From assembly GCA_950097015.1 (NCBI GenBank), contig CATNEN010000038.1, positions 17,670,001 through 17,734,000 of the forward strand: a stretch of 64,000 bases of DNA, in the 5' to 3' direction. Below are positions 47,993 to 58,600 of this stretch, one piece after another. The DNA is from Macrostomum hystrix. Lineage: Eukaryota; Animalia; Platyhelminthes. The notes under the pieces were generated by a model. The model saw nothing but the letters and a program-made list of their open reading frames with translations, was not told the origin of the DNA and did no database searches. The translations under genes and the position numbers were made by a program. Every line of letters starts with the position of its first letter. Within the stretch, counting starts at the first letter, position 1.

Positions 47993-48463
47993 AGCACAGC
48001 CAATAATCTCATGGATTTCGAATACAGAGTTATACCATCGATGGACACTCCGATACTGCCAACGGTGAGTCCGCCAAAGCAGTCGGCAACAGCGTTGAAA
48101 GATTCTCAACAGCAATTGAAGGAGAGCACGGACAGACAGTTGCAAATGTACCTGGACTACATGCAGAGCCGGGAGCACGTGTCCAAGACTTTGAGGCGCG
48201 CTTCAGCGTTCGTCATTCTATTCTGGGCGTTGATCACTTTCCCAACTTTTCTAGACGTTTGCAACGGTCCGACAAGGGGCGCCGCCTGCTTCAACTGGTA
48301 CCCGGCGGTTGTGCTGACGGGTTTCTGCCTGACCGCGCCGCCGATACTCCTGCTGCGATTCCAGCTGGACAAACAGCTGCGGCACAGCTGGGGCCTGCTG
48401 CGCTTCTCGTGGAGAAACGGCGCGCCAAAGGACCCAAGGAAGAGGTCATCGAAGGACCGATAG
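47993..48463 (+). CDS. Terminal exon of a membrane protein resembling the TM6-TM7-helix 8 end of a GPCR (upstream exons not resolved)
   Basis: TTGCATTTAG acceptor at 47983-47992 is in frame with ORF 48011-48463. A basic stretch (SKTLRRA) is followed by hydrophobic helix SAFVILFWALITFPTFL, a Cys-containing loop, second helix YPAVVLTGFCLTAPPILLL and a basic tail. GC-rich coding-like composition against an AT-rich background. Confidence 0.5.
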   Translation, partial: STANNLMDFEYRVIPSMDTPILPTVSPPKQSATALKDSQQQLKESTDRQLQMYLDYMQSREHVSKTLRRASAFVILFWALITFPTFLDVCNGPTRGAACFNWYPAVVLTGFCLTAPPILLLRFQLDKQLRHSWGLLRFSWRNGAPKDPRKRSSKDR

Positions 48464-48890
48464 GAGCTCTATTGCCATAGCAACGAGGACTCGGTATTTT
48501 CGTAGAACTTACGGAACACGATTTAACTTGTTCCGCAACAAGAAATCGATTCGGCTTATCGACCTTAGCAACAAGAATCGATAAGATTATATTCCTTAGC
48601 AACATAAACATATCGGGATGATATTTATTTGCGATGAGAAATCAATTAGGGTTTCACCTAGCAAAGAGTGTCGATTGGCATTATACCCCTTAGCAACGGA
48701 AATCAAATGTAACAAAATTTTGCTAATTAGATTAATCTAACAAAATTACTTTTTTCTTAAAGTTGACATTTTGTAATAAAAGTACCACTAAACTGCTGAA
48801 ATCGAACTAACAAGAAAACTGTAATTTAGCCGAAAAAAATATTATATTTCTTGTAACAATTCACACTTTTAAAAAATACATCATACTATA

Positions 48891-50459
48891 CCTTTTTGCG
48901 ATTTAATTCGTCCAAACTGCAAAACCTTTCATCCACAAATGCTTTCTTAATGGGAGCTAAATTTAGATCATACCATAGACAACTGTGTTCACGCAAAACG
49001 GTTCATCCAGTTTGTAAAACATTTCGTCCCCTTGACTAGAGACCGAGTGTACTGTTCCTACCATCCATAGTTAACACCCAATTGACAGTTCGCTTTTGCT
49101 ACCACTACAGCTACAGCAACGCATATCTTCCATTCTGAACCCGGCAAAACAGTCGAAGATGAACCAAGGCCCCTACGATCCAGTGTCAAACGAAGACCGC
49201 AGGCGATTAGCCTTGGCCCTTGGCTGTTGAAGAAGGCCGCGATTGGAAACAACTGGCCGATATCCTTGGGATCAAGAGAAAGACAGCCAAAACGATTGTC
49301 GACACCTACGTTCAAGCCGGGCGCATTGAGAAGCTTCCATCAGCAGGTGGCCCTCCGAAGCAACTTCAAGAGCAGCAGATTGAGTCAATCATCGAATTCC
49401 TCGAGGCATACCCGTCCGCGACATTACAAATGATGCGGAACCATCTGATGCAACTTGGCAATGAAGGCCAACTTCCTCATGTCTCAACCATAAGTCGAGC
49501 ACTTGACAAACAGCTGGTGACTTTGAAGCTGGCTAGGCAGATTACGTTTGATTGGAACGACCCAGTTGTGAAGACGGCGAGATGTGAGTACGCACAGTGG
49601 ATGATGAACAAAGGACACGACAGGAAACAGATTTTTCTCGATGAGTTCGGGCTGAACCTGTGGACGGCGAGAACTCAAGGATGGGCATATCGAGGCCAGC
49701 CTGCGGTGAGAACGGTATGTGGCCAGCGCGGACAAAACCTGACTCTCTGCTTGGCCATATCTCCGCAATGGGGACTTGTTCACTATGCGCTGGTGGAATG
49801 AGATTTTCAAGCTCAAAATTTGCAGACTTCTTAGTAGAGCTGGATGTCCTGGTGGAGGCTGAGTGGGTGGCGATCTTTGATGGGGCCCGCGCTCACCTTC
49901 AAGTCCCTGGACTTTCACCGCAACACAGCACCTATCAATTGCCACCGTACTCTCCGTATCTCAACCCAACTGAGCGCGCAGGGTCTTCCCTGAAGGCATC
50001 AGTGAAGAGGGCAATGTCAGTTCCCGCTATTCAGCACGAGCTCTCTAATCGGCAAGCTGCTGCTGCTGCGAACCTGACTCTGCATGCCTGGCGGATGCAC
50101 ATTTTGAAGAGAGAGGTCGAAGCTGCACTGCACGTGATTACACAGGAGAAGTGCCAGCAATGGACCAATCACACTGTGGGTTACTACGGCCGCTGTTTGG
50201 ACTACGAAGACATTTTGAACTAACATTCTAACAAGAGACACTGTTTTTGCTTTGTTCAATATCTCGTGATATCAAATAAAGTCGCTCCGTTTAACTGTTA
50301 GCTGTTTGGACGAAGGGTTTAGACGAAATGTTTTACAAACTGGATGAACCGTTTTGCGTGAACACAGTTGTCTATGGTATAATCTAAATTTAGCTCCCAT
50401 TAAGAAAGCGTTAGTGGACGAAGGGTTTTGCAGTTTGGACGAATTCAATCGCAAAAAAG
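48891..50459 (+). mobile_element. Tc1/mariner-IS630 superfamily DNA transposon, 1569 bp, 138-bp TIRs, TA target duplication
   Basis: 48891-49028 is the near-perfect reverse complement of 50322-50459. TA flanks both ends (48889-90, 50460-61). Transposase ORFs lie inside. Confidence 0.93.
49159..50223 (+). pseudogene. Frameshifted DDE transposase (HTH + DDE_3-type domain)
   Basis: ATG at 49159. A 7-bp duplication (CCTTGGC x2, 49211-49224) shifts the frame, and a second frameshift lies near 49798-49803. Motifs: WKQLADILGI (HTH), IFLDEFG, IFDGARAH, LPPYSPYLNPTE. Confidence 0.9.
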
Positions 50460-50585
50460 TATATTAGATCAGCAAAAAGTTGACACAAAAATGCTTTGAA
50501 GAATAACTAACTCTACTTTTATTACGCCAACATCAGTAGAAAAACATCAAGTAGATTGCAACAAATCCATTTTGGTACACTTACA

Positions 50586-51980
50586 TCCCGACCAATCAGA
50601 TTTTCGTCCTTGAATGGAAACTCCATTCCCAACGAATCAGATTCCACCTTCAGCCCGATCCCAACCAATCAGATTCGAGCTTCAGCCCGATCCCAACCAA
50701 TCAGATTCGAGTTTCAGCTCGATCCCAACCAATCAGATCCGACCTTAAGCCTGATCCCAACCAATCAGATTCGAGCTTTAGCCCGATTTCTGTCCCAACC
50801 AATCAGATCCGACCTTAAGCCCGATCCCAACCAATCAGATCCGACCTTAAGCCTGATCCCAACCAATCAGATTTGAGCTTTAGCCCGATTCCTGTCCCAA
50901 CCAATCAGATCCGACCTTAAGCCCGATCCCAACCAATCAGATTCGAGCTTCAGCCCGATCCCAACCAATCAGATTCGAGCTTTAGCCCGATTTCTGTCCC
51001 AACCAATCAGATCTGACCTTAAGCCCGATCCCAACCAATCAGATCCGACCTTAAGCCCGATCCCAACCAATCAGATTCGAGCTTCAGCCCGATCCCAACC
51101 AATCAGATTCGAGTTTCAGCCCGATCCCAACCAATCAGATCCGACCTTAAGCCTGATCCCAACCAATCAGATTCAAGCTTTAGCCCGATTTCTGAACCAA
51201 CCAATTAGATCTGACCTTAAGCCCGATCCCAACCAATCAGATCCGACCTTAAGTCCAATCCCAACCAATCAGATTCGAGTTTCAGCCCGATCCCAACCAA
51301 TCAGATCCGACCTTAAGCCTGATCCCAACCAATCAGATTCGAGCTTTAGCCCGATTTCTGTCCCAACCAATCAGATCTGACCTTAAGCCCGATCCCAACC
51401 AATCAGATCCGACCTTAAGCCTGATCCCAACCAATCAGATTCGAGCTTTAGCCCGATTTCTGTTCCAATTAATCAGATCCGACCTTAAGCCCGATCCCAA
51501 CCAATCAGATTCGAGCTTTAGCCCGATTTCTGTTCCAATTAATCAGATCCGACCTTAAGCCTGATCCCAACCAATCAGATTCGAGCTTTAGCCCGATTTC
51601 TGTTCCAATTAATCAGATCCGACCTTAAGCCCGATCCCAACCAATCAGATTCGAGCTTTAGCCCGATTTCTGTTCCAATTAATCAGATCCGACCTTAAGC
51701 CTGATCCCAACCAATCAGATCCGACCTTAAGCCTGATCCCAACCAATCAGATCCGACCTTAAGCCTGATCCCAACCAATCAGATCCGACCTTAAGCCTGA
51801 TCCCAACCAATCAGATCCGACCTTAAGCCTGATCCCAACCAATCAGATCCGACCTTAAGCCTGATCCCAACCAATCAGATCCGACCTTAAGCCTGATCCC
51901 AACCAATCAGATCCGACCTTAAGCCCGATCCCAACCAATCAGATTCGAGCTTTAGCCTGATTCCTGTCCCAACCAATCAG
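50586..51980. repeat. 32/37-bp minisatellite carrying CCAATCAG in most units
   Basis: Unit CCCAACCAATCAGATCCGACCTTAAGCCTGAT and variants, about 40 copies. Confidence 0.94.
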
Positions 51981-52047
51981 TTTCTTCCTTAGATCTAATT
52001 CCTTTAAAAATAAACTCCACTCAGCAAAATAAAGTAAATAAATAAAA

Positions 52048-52488
52048 TTAGTTGTTTCCAATTCGATTTGAGTCGGAATTAGCGCCAGCATTTTTATCAG
52101 TCGCCGGGTTGCCTTGAGCAGTGTGCACACTGTCGCGAATGCGCGCATAGCACAGCGGACAGAGAACGCCACGCTCGTGTCTATTGCCGCAGCTGGGGCA
52201 GGACACAACCCTGGCGGTTGCCATCAGCGGCTCGACAATGTTTGCAAAGCGAGTCATCCGACGCGTAGCTCGAGTTTCAATAGTTCGCCGACGCTTTGGC
52301 ACAGCCAGGCGCAGGTGATCGCTGAAGGCGGACTGGGGCTCCGAGGTCAGAGTCGGGTAGAAGGGCGCTTCCAAAATTGACAGGGCAAGAGATGGACTGG
52401 GCGGCGGAGGGAACAGTCGATTGGTCAGCTGACGCATGAGCAGATTTAGTGCGTTTGACGCGCGTTGCATCACAGTCGATTGGGACAT
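52048..52488 (-). CDS. MRPL32: Mitochondrial large ribosomal subunit protein bL32m (L32), intronless, 146 aa
   Basis: Presequence-like N-terminus followed by LAVPKRRRT.E.R.TRR and zinc ribbon CPSCG..HERGVLCPLCY, typical of bL32m. Confidence 0.9.
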   Translation of the reverse strand: MSQSTVMQRASNALNLLMRQLTNRLFPPPPSPSLALSILEAPFYPTLTSEPQSAFSDHLRLAVPKRRRTIETRATRRMTRFANIVEPLMATARVVSCPSCGNRHERGVLCPLCYARIRDSVHTAQGNPATDKNAGANSDSNRIGNN

Positions 52489-52603
52489 CGCTTGATTTTT
52501 TTAATATTGCTGGCTAAAATCTTTCTCCTTTGGCTGCAAGTTGACGAGAAAAACAGTCCAGAGATGGTTGGTTGTATGACCAGTGGTTGTATGATTTTTT
52601 TAT

Positions 52604-53395
52604 TAAGGATCTAAGAGGGTGTGGGATTTTTCCTATGGATTTAGGGGTGTGGGATTTTTTCTAAGGATTTTTTTAGGGGTGTAAGATTTTTCCTAAGGAT
52701 TTAGGGGTGTGGGATTTTTTCCAAAGGATCTAAGAGGGTGTGGGATTTTTTCCTAAGGATCTAAGAGGCGGTGGGATTTTTTCCCAAGGATCTAAGAGGG
52801 TGTGGGATTTTTTCTCAAGGATCAAAGCGGGTGCGGGATTTTTCCTATGGATTTAGGGGTGTAGGATTTTCCTGAGGATCTAGAGGGTGTGGGATTTTTG
52901 CTAAGGATTTAGGGGTGTGGGATATTTTCGATGGATTTTTAGGGGTGTAAGATTTTTCCTAAGGATCTAAGAGGGTGTGGGATATTTTCCTAAGGATCTA
53001 AGAGGCGGTAGGATTTTTTCTAAGAATCTAAGAGGGTGTAGGATTTTTCCTGTGGATCTGGGGGTGTGGGATTTTTGCTAAGGATCTAAGAGGGTGTGGG
53101 ATTTTTCCTAAGGATCTAAGAGGGTGTGGGATTTTTTCCCAAAGATCTAAGAGGGTCTGGGATTTTTCCTGTGGATCTGGGGGTGCGGGATTTTTCCTAA
53201 GGATCTAAAAGGGTGCGGGATTTTTCCTGTGGATCTGAGGGGTGCGGGATTTTTTCCCAAAGATCTAAGAGGGTGTGGGATTTTTCCTGTGGATCTGAGG
53301 GGTGCGGGATTTTTCCTGATGATCCAGGGGTGTGGGATTTTTCTTGAGGATTTAGGATTCCAGGGGGTGTGGGATTTTTCCTGAGGATCTTAGGA
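52604..53395. repeat. Diverged 27-31-bp minisatellite (TAAGGATCTAAGAGGGTGTGGGATTTTTTCC)n
   Basis: Imperfect tandem copies about 115 bp upstream of the MRPL32 ATG. Confidence 0.9.
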
Positions 53396-53987
53396 GCGGC
53401 ATTTTTTTGCGTGGATAAGGAAAGAGACTTATCCACAGTAGAAATACGGCATAGTAAGTGAGTTATTAACTGTTTATGGTTGGCAGTAACTGTAATAAAC
53501 TCGAAGCTAAACAATTGAAATTTTTTGTCGCTTAGTAAGTTTAATTTGACAAGTTCACCATTGGTACATTTTACTATAAAAATCCGTTAGAAAACAATGT
53601 ACAGCTAAAAAACAGGCACTTAATATCATACCGACATTAAAGTACATAGTAAAGTGTTAAAACCATGGAATGCAGCACTTGCTCGCACTTTCCCCTAGCG
53701 CTAAAAATGGAATGCCTAACGCAATCCTGGAATGTACTCTTGACAAACGCAACAAACAGGTCATAATTGCAAAGGAAAATAACAGTAAAGTGCACCTTAA
53801 ATTTCTCGAATCCCAGACATCAAAAGCCGTACACATTCAAAATGTTAACATTTTATATACAACTTAGCAAGTCGGTAAAAAAAGTTTTTGGTTACCTAAA
53901 AAGAAATGTAAACACAAAACGGCCCTTTTTAGGACACACAGCAAATTTTTTTAAACACAGCCAGATTTACAGCAATAGCCTCTTTTA

Positions 53988-54163
53988 AAGGCTGCGTACA
54001 ACTAACTGTTCAGTCCATGAACTGGAGAGGCCGCATGCCACACCTATCCGCATTTAACAATCCTCTAACTATCTCAATTTTTTTCAGCTGGGTGAATTGA
54101 AGCGATAGGAAATTTCGCTAGGACGTTGCTTTTCTTTTTTCTTTGAATCGAACTCCCGACCTC
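53988..54163 (-). mobile_element. Degenerate SINE family B
   Basis: AAGGCTGCGTAC, CTGTTCAGTCCATG, CAGCTGGGTGAA.TGAAGC and GAATCGAAC..CCGACCT blocks occur in the same order. Confidence 0.55.
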
Positions 54164-54639
54164 TGTGTATAAAGTTCGAGGCTCTTAATCAATTATTCTG
54201 TAAGCTACGCTTATTAGTTATGTTCATTTACAAAAATTTATGCACTTGGGAATGTACTTTAATGTGCTTTTGAAAAAAAACTTTTCGTTAACAGTTAAAT
54301 AAGTCACAATTTAAGTACAGATATTTTTATATCAGGAGCGCGTTAACTTATTCCTAGAACTTGTGTTTCTACAAATACTACTTGTAAGGGTGAAAGAGTA
54401 GCACGCTAGGAATATAAAATTTAAAAATGATATTACCAAACTTGTAAATATCTATGGCCACAAATATATTGATGACGTCACTAATGACAACAAAAAACTA
54501 ATTATTGAATTTATAAAATAATGAAATACTAATGTGTCATGACAAATTTAAACTTATATTCCAACAAGACTACCAACAAGGAAGCTTGTAGAATATAATT
54601 ACAGGGTTGCAAAGTCTCTTTAAATTGTGAAAGAATCGA

Positions 54640-55451
54640 ATTAGAGGATAGTATATAGTTTCATTAGAGGATTATGGAGTTTCATTAGAGGATTGTATAT
54701 ATACCTTCATTAGAGGATTGTATATATACCTTCATTAGAGGATTGTATATATACCTTCATTAGAGGATTGTATAGTCTCATTAGAGGATTGTAGAGTCTT
54801 ATTAGAGGATTGTGGAGTATCATTAGAGGATTGTATATATACCTTCATTAGAGGATTGTATAGTCTCATTAGAGGATTGTAGAGTCTTATTAGAGGATTG
54901 TGGAGTAGCATTAGAGGATTGTATATATAGCTTCATTAGATGAATAGGATTGTATAGTCTCATTAGAGGATTGTAGAGTCTTATTAGAGGATTGTGGAGT
55001 AGCATTAGAGGATTGTATATATAGCTTCATTAGATGAATAGGATTGTATAGTCTCATTAGAGGATTGTAGAGTCTTATTAGAGGATTGTAGAGTCTCATT
55101 AGAGGATTGTAGAGTCTCATTAGAGGATTGTATAGTCTCATTAGAGGATTGTAGAGTCTCATTAGAGGATTGTAGAGTCTCATTAGAGGATTGTAGAGTC
55201 TCATTAGAGGATTGTATAGTCTCATTAGAGGATTGTAGAGTCTCATTAGAGGATTGTAGAGTCTTATTAGAGGATTGTAGAGTCTCATTAGAGGATTGTA
55301 GAGTCTTATTAGAGGATTGTAGAGTCTCATTAGAGGATTGTATAGTCTCATTAGAGGATTGTATAGTCTCATTAGAGGATTGTAGAGTCTCATTAGAGGA
55401 TTGTATAGTCTCATTAGAGGATTGTAGAGTCTCATTAGAGGATTGTAGAGT
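54640..55451. repeat. 21-bp minisatellite (CATTAGAGGATTGTAGAGTCT)n
   Basis: Tandem copies. Confidence 0.94.
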
Positions 55452-55619
55452 ACTATATAACCCTATTCTAGTATGCTAGTATTTATGTTATCCCCTCAAC
55501 AAAATTGGGAAGCCAATTAGCTAGGTCGTTAACTCATGAACAACATGAAACATGTTTTATTAATAACAGAAGCACTAAGCATAATTTACAATGCTACAAG
55601 CTGATGCGTGAAATCAAAT

Positions 55620-58600
55620 CTAAATCTGGCTCTCATTCTTAGTAGAAATGAAGTCCTGCCTGAAAGCGTCAGTGAAGGCCTCCTCTGGCGGCACGTAGGT
55701 GTCTGGATCGTATCGCTGAGTACGCACTAGCATGACTATGATGCCAATTAGGCCTAGCAGACAGACGAATAGAACAACGCCAAGCACGTACGTGACAATC
55801 TGGGCCTCGTAGATTGGATAAGGAAATTCCGTAGGCACAGGTTCAATGGGTTCGGCTACTAGAGAATAGCGCTGGCGCCAAAATGCCATCTGATTTGGCC
55901 TGTAAGCTCGCCTATTAGACGCATTAATAAACAGGTGAGCATAGCTCTGCTCATGCAAAGTGTAGGGTAGCCAGGAAAAATTGCGATTCTCATACGGCGT
56001 CGGATTCTCGTAGCGCATAAAATTCACCCACATCTGCATGACAAATTCGCTCATATTCGAATCCAATATTCGATCCCAGGGGAATAGTACCGGCGGCGGC
56101 TGCGGTGCCAGTAGATCTCGCCACCAACTGGCATTCATAAACGGTAGGCCGAATAGAAACTGGCCAGTTGTGCCCTGATAAATACCCAGCGGCTTTGGCG
56201 CACTGTCATTGAGGCCACGATAGGCGAACTCGTACGCGTAGGTGATTGGCTGGCGCTGACTATGCAGCTTGATAGCATAGTCCATACCGCTGCGTATACC
56301 CCAATCTGATAAGAGAGCTACGAACTGTTCACACCTAGCTGTGACATTGTCTGGCTGGCTCCACCAGTTGTAGCGAAAGAATACCTCTTCGTAGGTGTCA
56401 TTCATGTGGCGCACCTGGGTGTTTTGGCATTGTCTGTTAATTAATTTCAGGAGGGCTGCGGGCAATTGGACATCATTTGGTGAGACTAGACACGCAGCCA
56501 GCGGAGGAGGCAATTCTGCCGATTTCGCTGACTCCTGAGCACACACGCGCACAAATGTGTACATCTGGCCTGACTTTCTCATCCTAAGTCAGTGTAAATT
56601 TCACTGTGCCTTGAAGGTTGGTCCTCAAGGGCGTAAATTGCATGACAAGCCCCCAAGCCTTCTCTCCGCGGCTGCGCCCCTAATGAATGTGACCTCCCCT
56701 CGGAATCGAGCTTAAGCACCTTAGGCGCCTTATTACCCCACACAATGGTCCCTTCTAATTATTACATATTTACCCCAAATAATAATTTTAAATTATTGAT
56801 TATACCTGCCCCAATAGGGCCAGATGTGCAGCCGACAGCACAGCCGCAGCTAATGCGCGGCGCATCTGAAGGCTGCGTACTGCTGTTCAGTCCATGGACT
56901 GGAGGGACGCCACACCCACCCTCAATTACCCCAGCTAATGCTGGTACCCATTTAACAGCTGTGTAAACGGAAGCAATGCAGAGGTAAGTGTCTTGCGAAA
57001 GGACACAAATTGTTCCAGTGGAGTCGGGAATCGAACCCCCGACCTTCAAGTCGTGAGTCCTAGACGCTCTAACGACAAGGCTACAACCTCCGCTATGCTC
57101 AACTCCAAGTGTTCTATTCTATCAGCAACAACTGGACCAAAATCTGGCTCAAACTGGACTCAAATCTCTCACCTTAAGGTATTCGAGAAATTTTTCAATC
57201 GCCTTAGCAAAATCGCTATCCGTAAAGTCGGCGGCGGCTGTCAGCGGTGTGACGCCCCATTCTCGCAGCCGCCTGTCGGCTTCGCGAGCCAATTCGTCGT
57301 GCGTGAACCCGATGATGGCGGGCGGCGCGACGAAGCGGCCCTGGGAGCGTTCGACCAGCGGGTGACGCGGCAGGATGCCAACTTCGCCGTCGATGACGGG
57401 ATTCCAGACGAACGGCGAAGCCGGATGATGCGGCGGGACAGCCGACGCGGCGTTCAGCACTGCTTGCGAATCCGGGTGCAGGTACCTGGGGGAGTAGATG
57501 AATAGAGGGGAATGGAGAAAAATGAGACAGAAAGAGGAGAGAAATAGGAGAATAAGAGAATAAGGGAGAGAAAGCGGGTGAGGGTGAGGGGAGACGATAA
57601 TGAGGGGGTAAGAAAGATTTTAAGGGGATCGAAAGAGTGTTAGGAGGAGTGTGAATGAGACGGGAAAGACTGAGGTGCGGAGAAAGAAATAATGTTAGGG
57701 GTGAGGGAGACCGTGCAGATGGAAGATGGGGAGACAAGTGCAGAGGTGAGATACAAAACTGCGTACCTGATGCAGTAGATCATGTAGTAGGTATCCCTGG
57801 TGCTGCAGCCAAGTGTCTTAGCCAGGTGCCTGGCGTAGTCCATTGTGCGGGTTGTCAGTGGATCGGAGACACTCCAGGCGCCCAAATCGCTGCCGGACAT
57901 CAAGGCTACGCGGTGGAATAAGCCCAGCTCCCTGGCCACAGGCGACACAAGGTGAATGCCGACGGAGTCTGCGCCCGTGCCTTCGCCTGTTAGCGTAACT
58001 GAGCCGGGATCGCCGCGGAAAAACCTGGACACGGGGATAACGGGGTGTTACTATGGGACTAATCATGTCAAATGGGAGATTTTTTAATTATAGTTTAAAA
58101 TGTGGGGTATTGTTTAAGTTTGTCACTGTAACATTGGGATATTTTTGGCACATCATAATTTCTCTCCATCTGGGATATTGTAAGCTCATTATCCTTAATC
58201 TGGGATATTAAAAGTTCATAATCCTTAATCTCGGATATTGTAAGCTTATAATCCCTAATCTGTGATATTGTAAGCTCATAATCCTTAATCTGGGATATTT
58301 TAACATCATAATCCTTAATCTGGGATATTTTAACCTCATAATCCTTAATCTAGGATATTTTAAGCTTATCAGCGTAAAATTAGGATATTATAAGCTTGCT
58401 TATCCCAAAAGAGAGATCAATAATCTAAAGAAAAAAAGATTATAAAGACTAAAAATTGTCAGCGAAATTCTGATAATTTAGATTAAAATACAATGCGTAG
58501 AAACTGTAACACTCACCTGATGTTATCTCTAACCCACTTCATCGCTTCAATCTGATCCCATAGTCCATAGTTTCCAATTGAAGCGAAGTCACCAGTACTG

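Noticed and set aside
52604-53395. NF-kB-like GGGATTTTTCC sites in the array upstream of MRPL32
   Set aside because: T-run length varies and mostly does not fit the 10-bp consensus. No independent support.
56415-56582. N-terminal extension of the 320-aa ORF (MRKSGQMY...)
   Set aside because: It is SINE A sequence in intron 4. The exon starts at the CAG acceptor before 56414.
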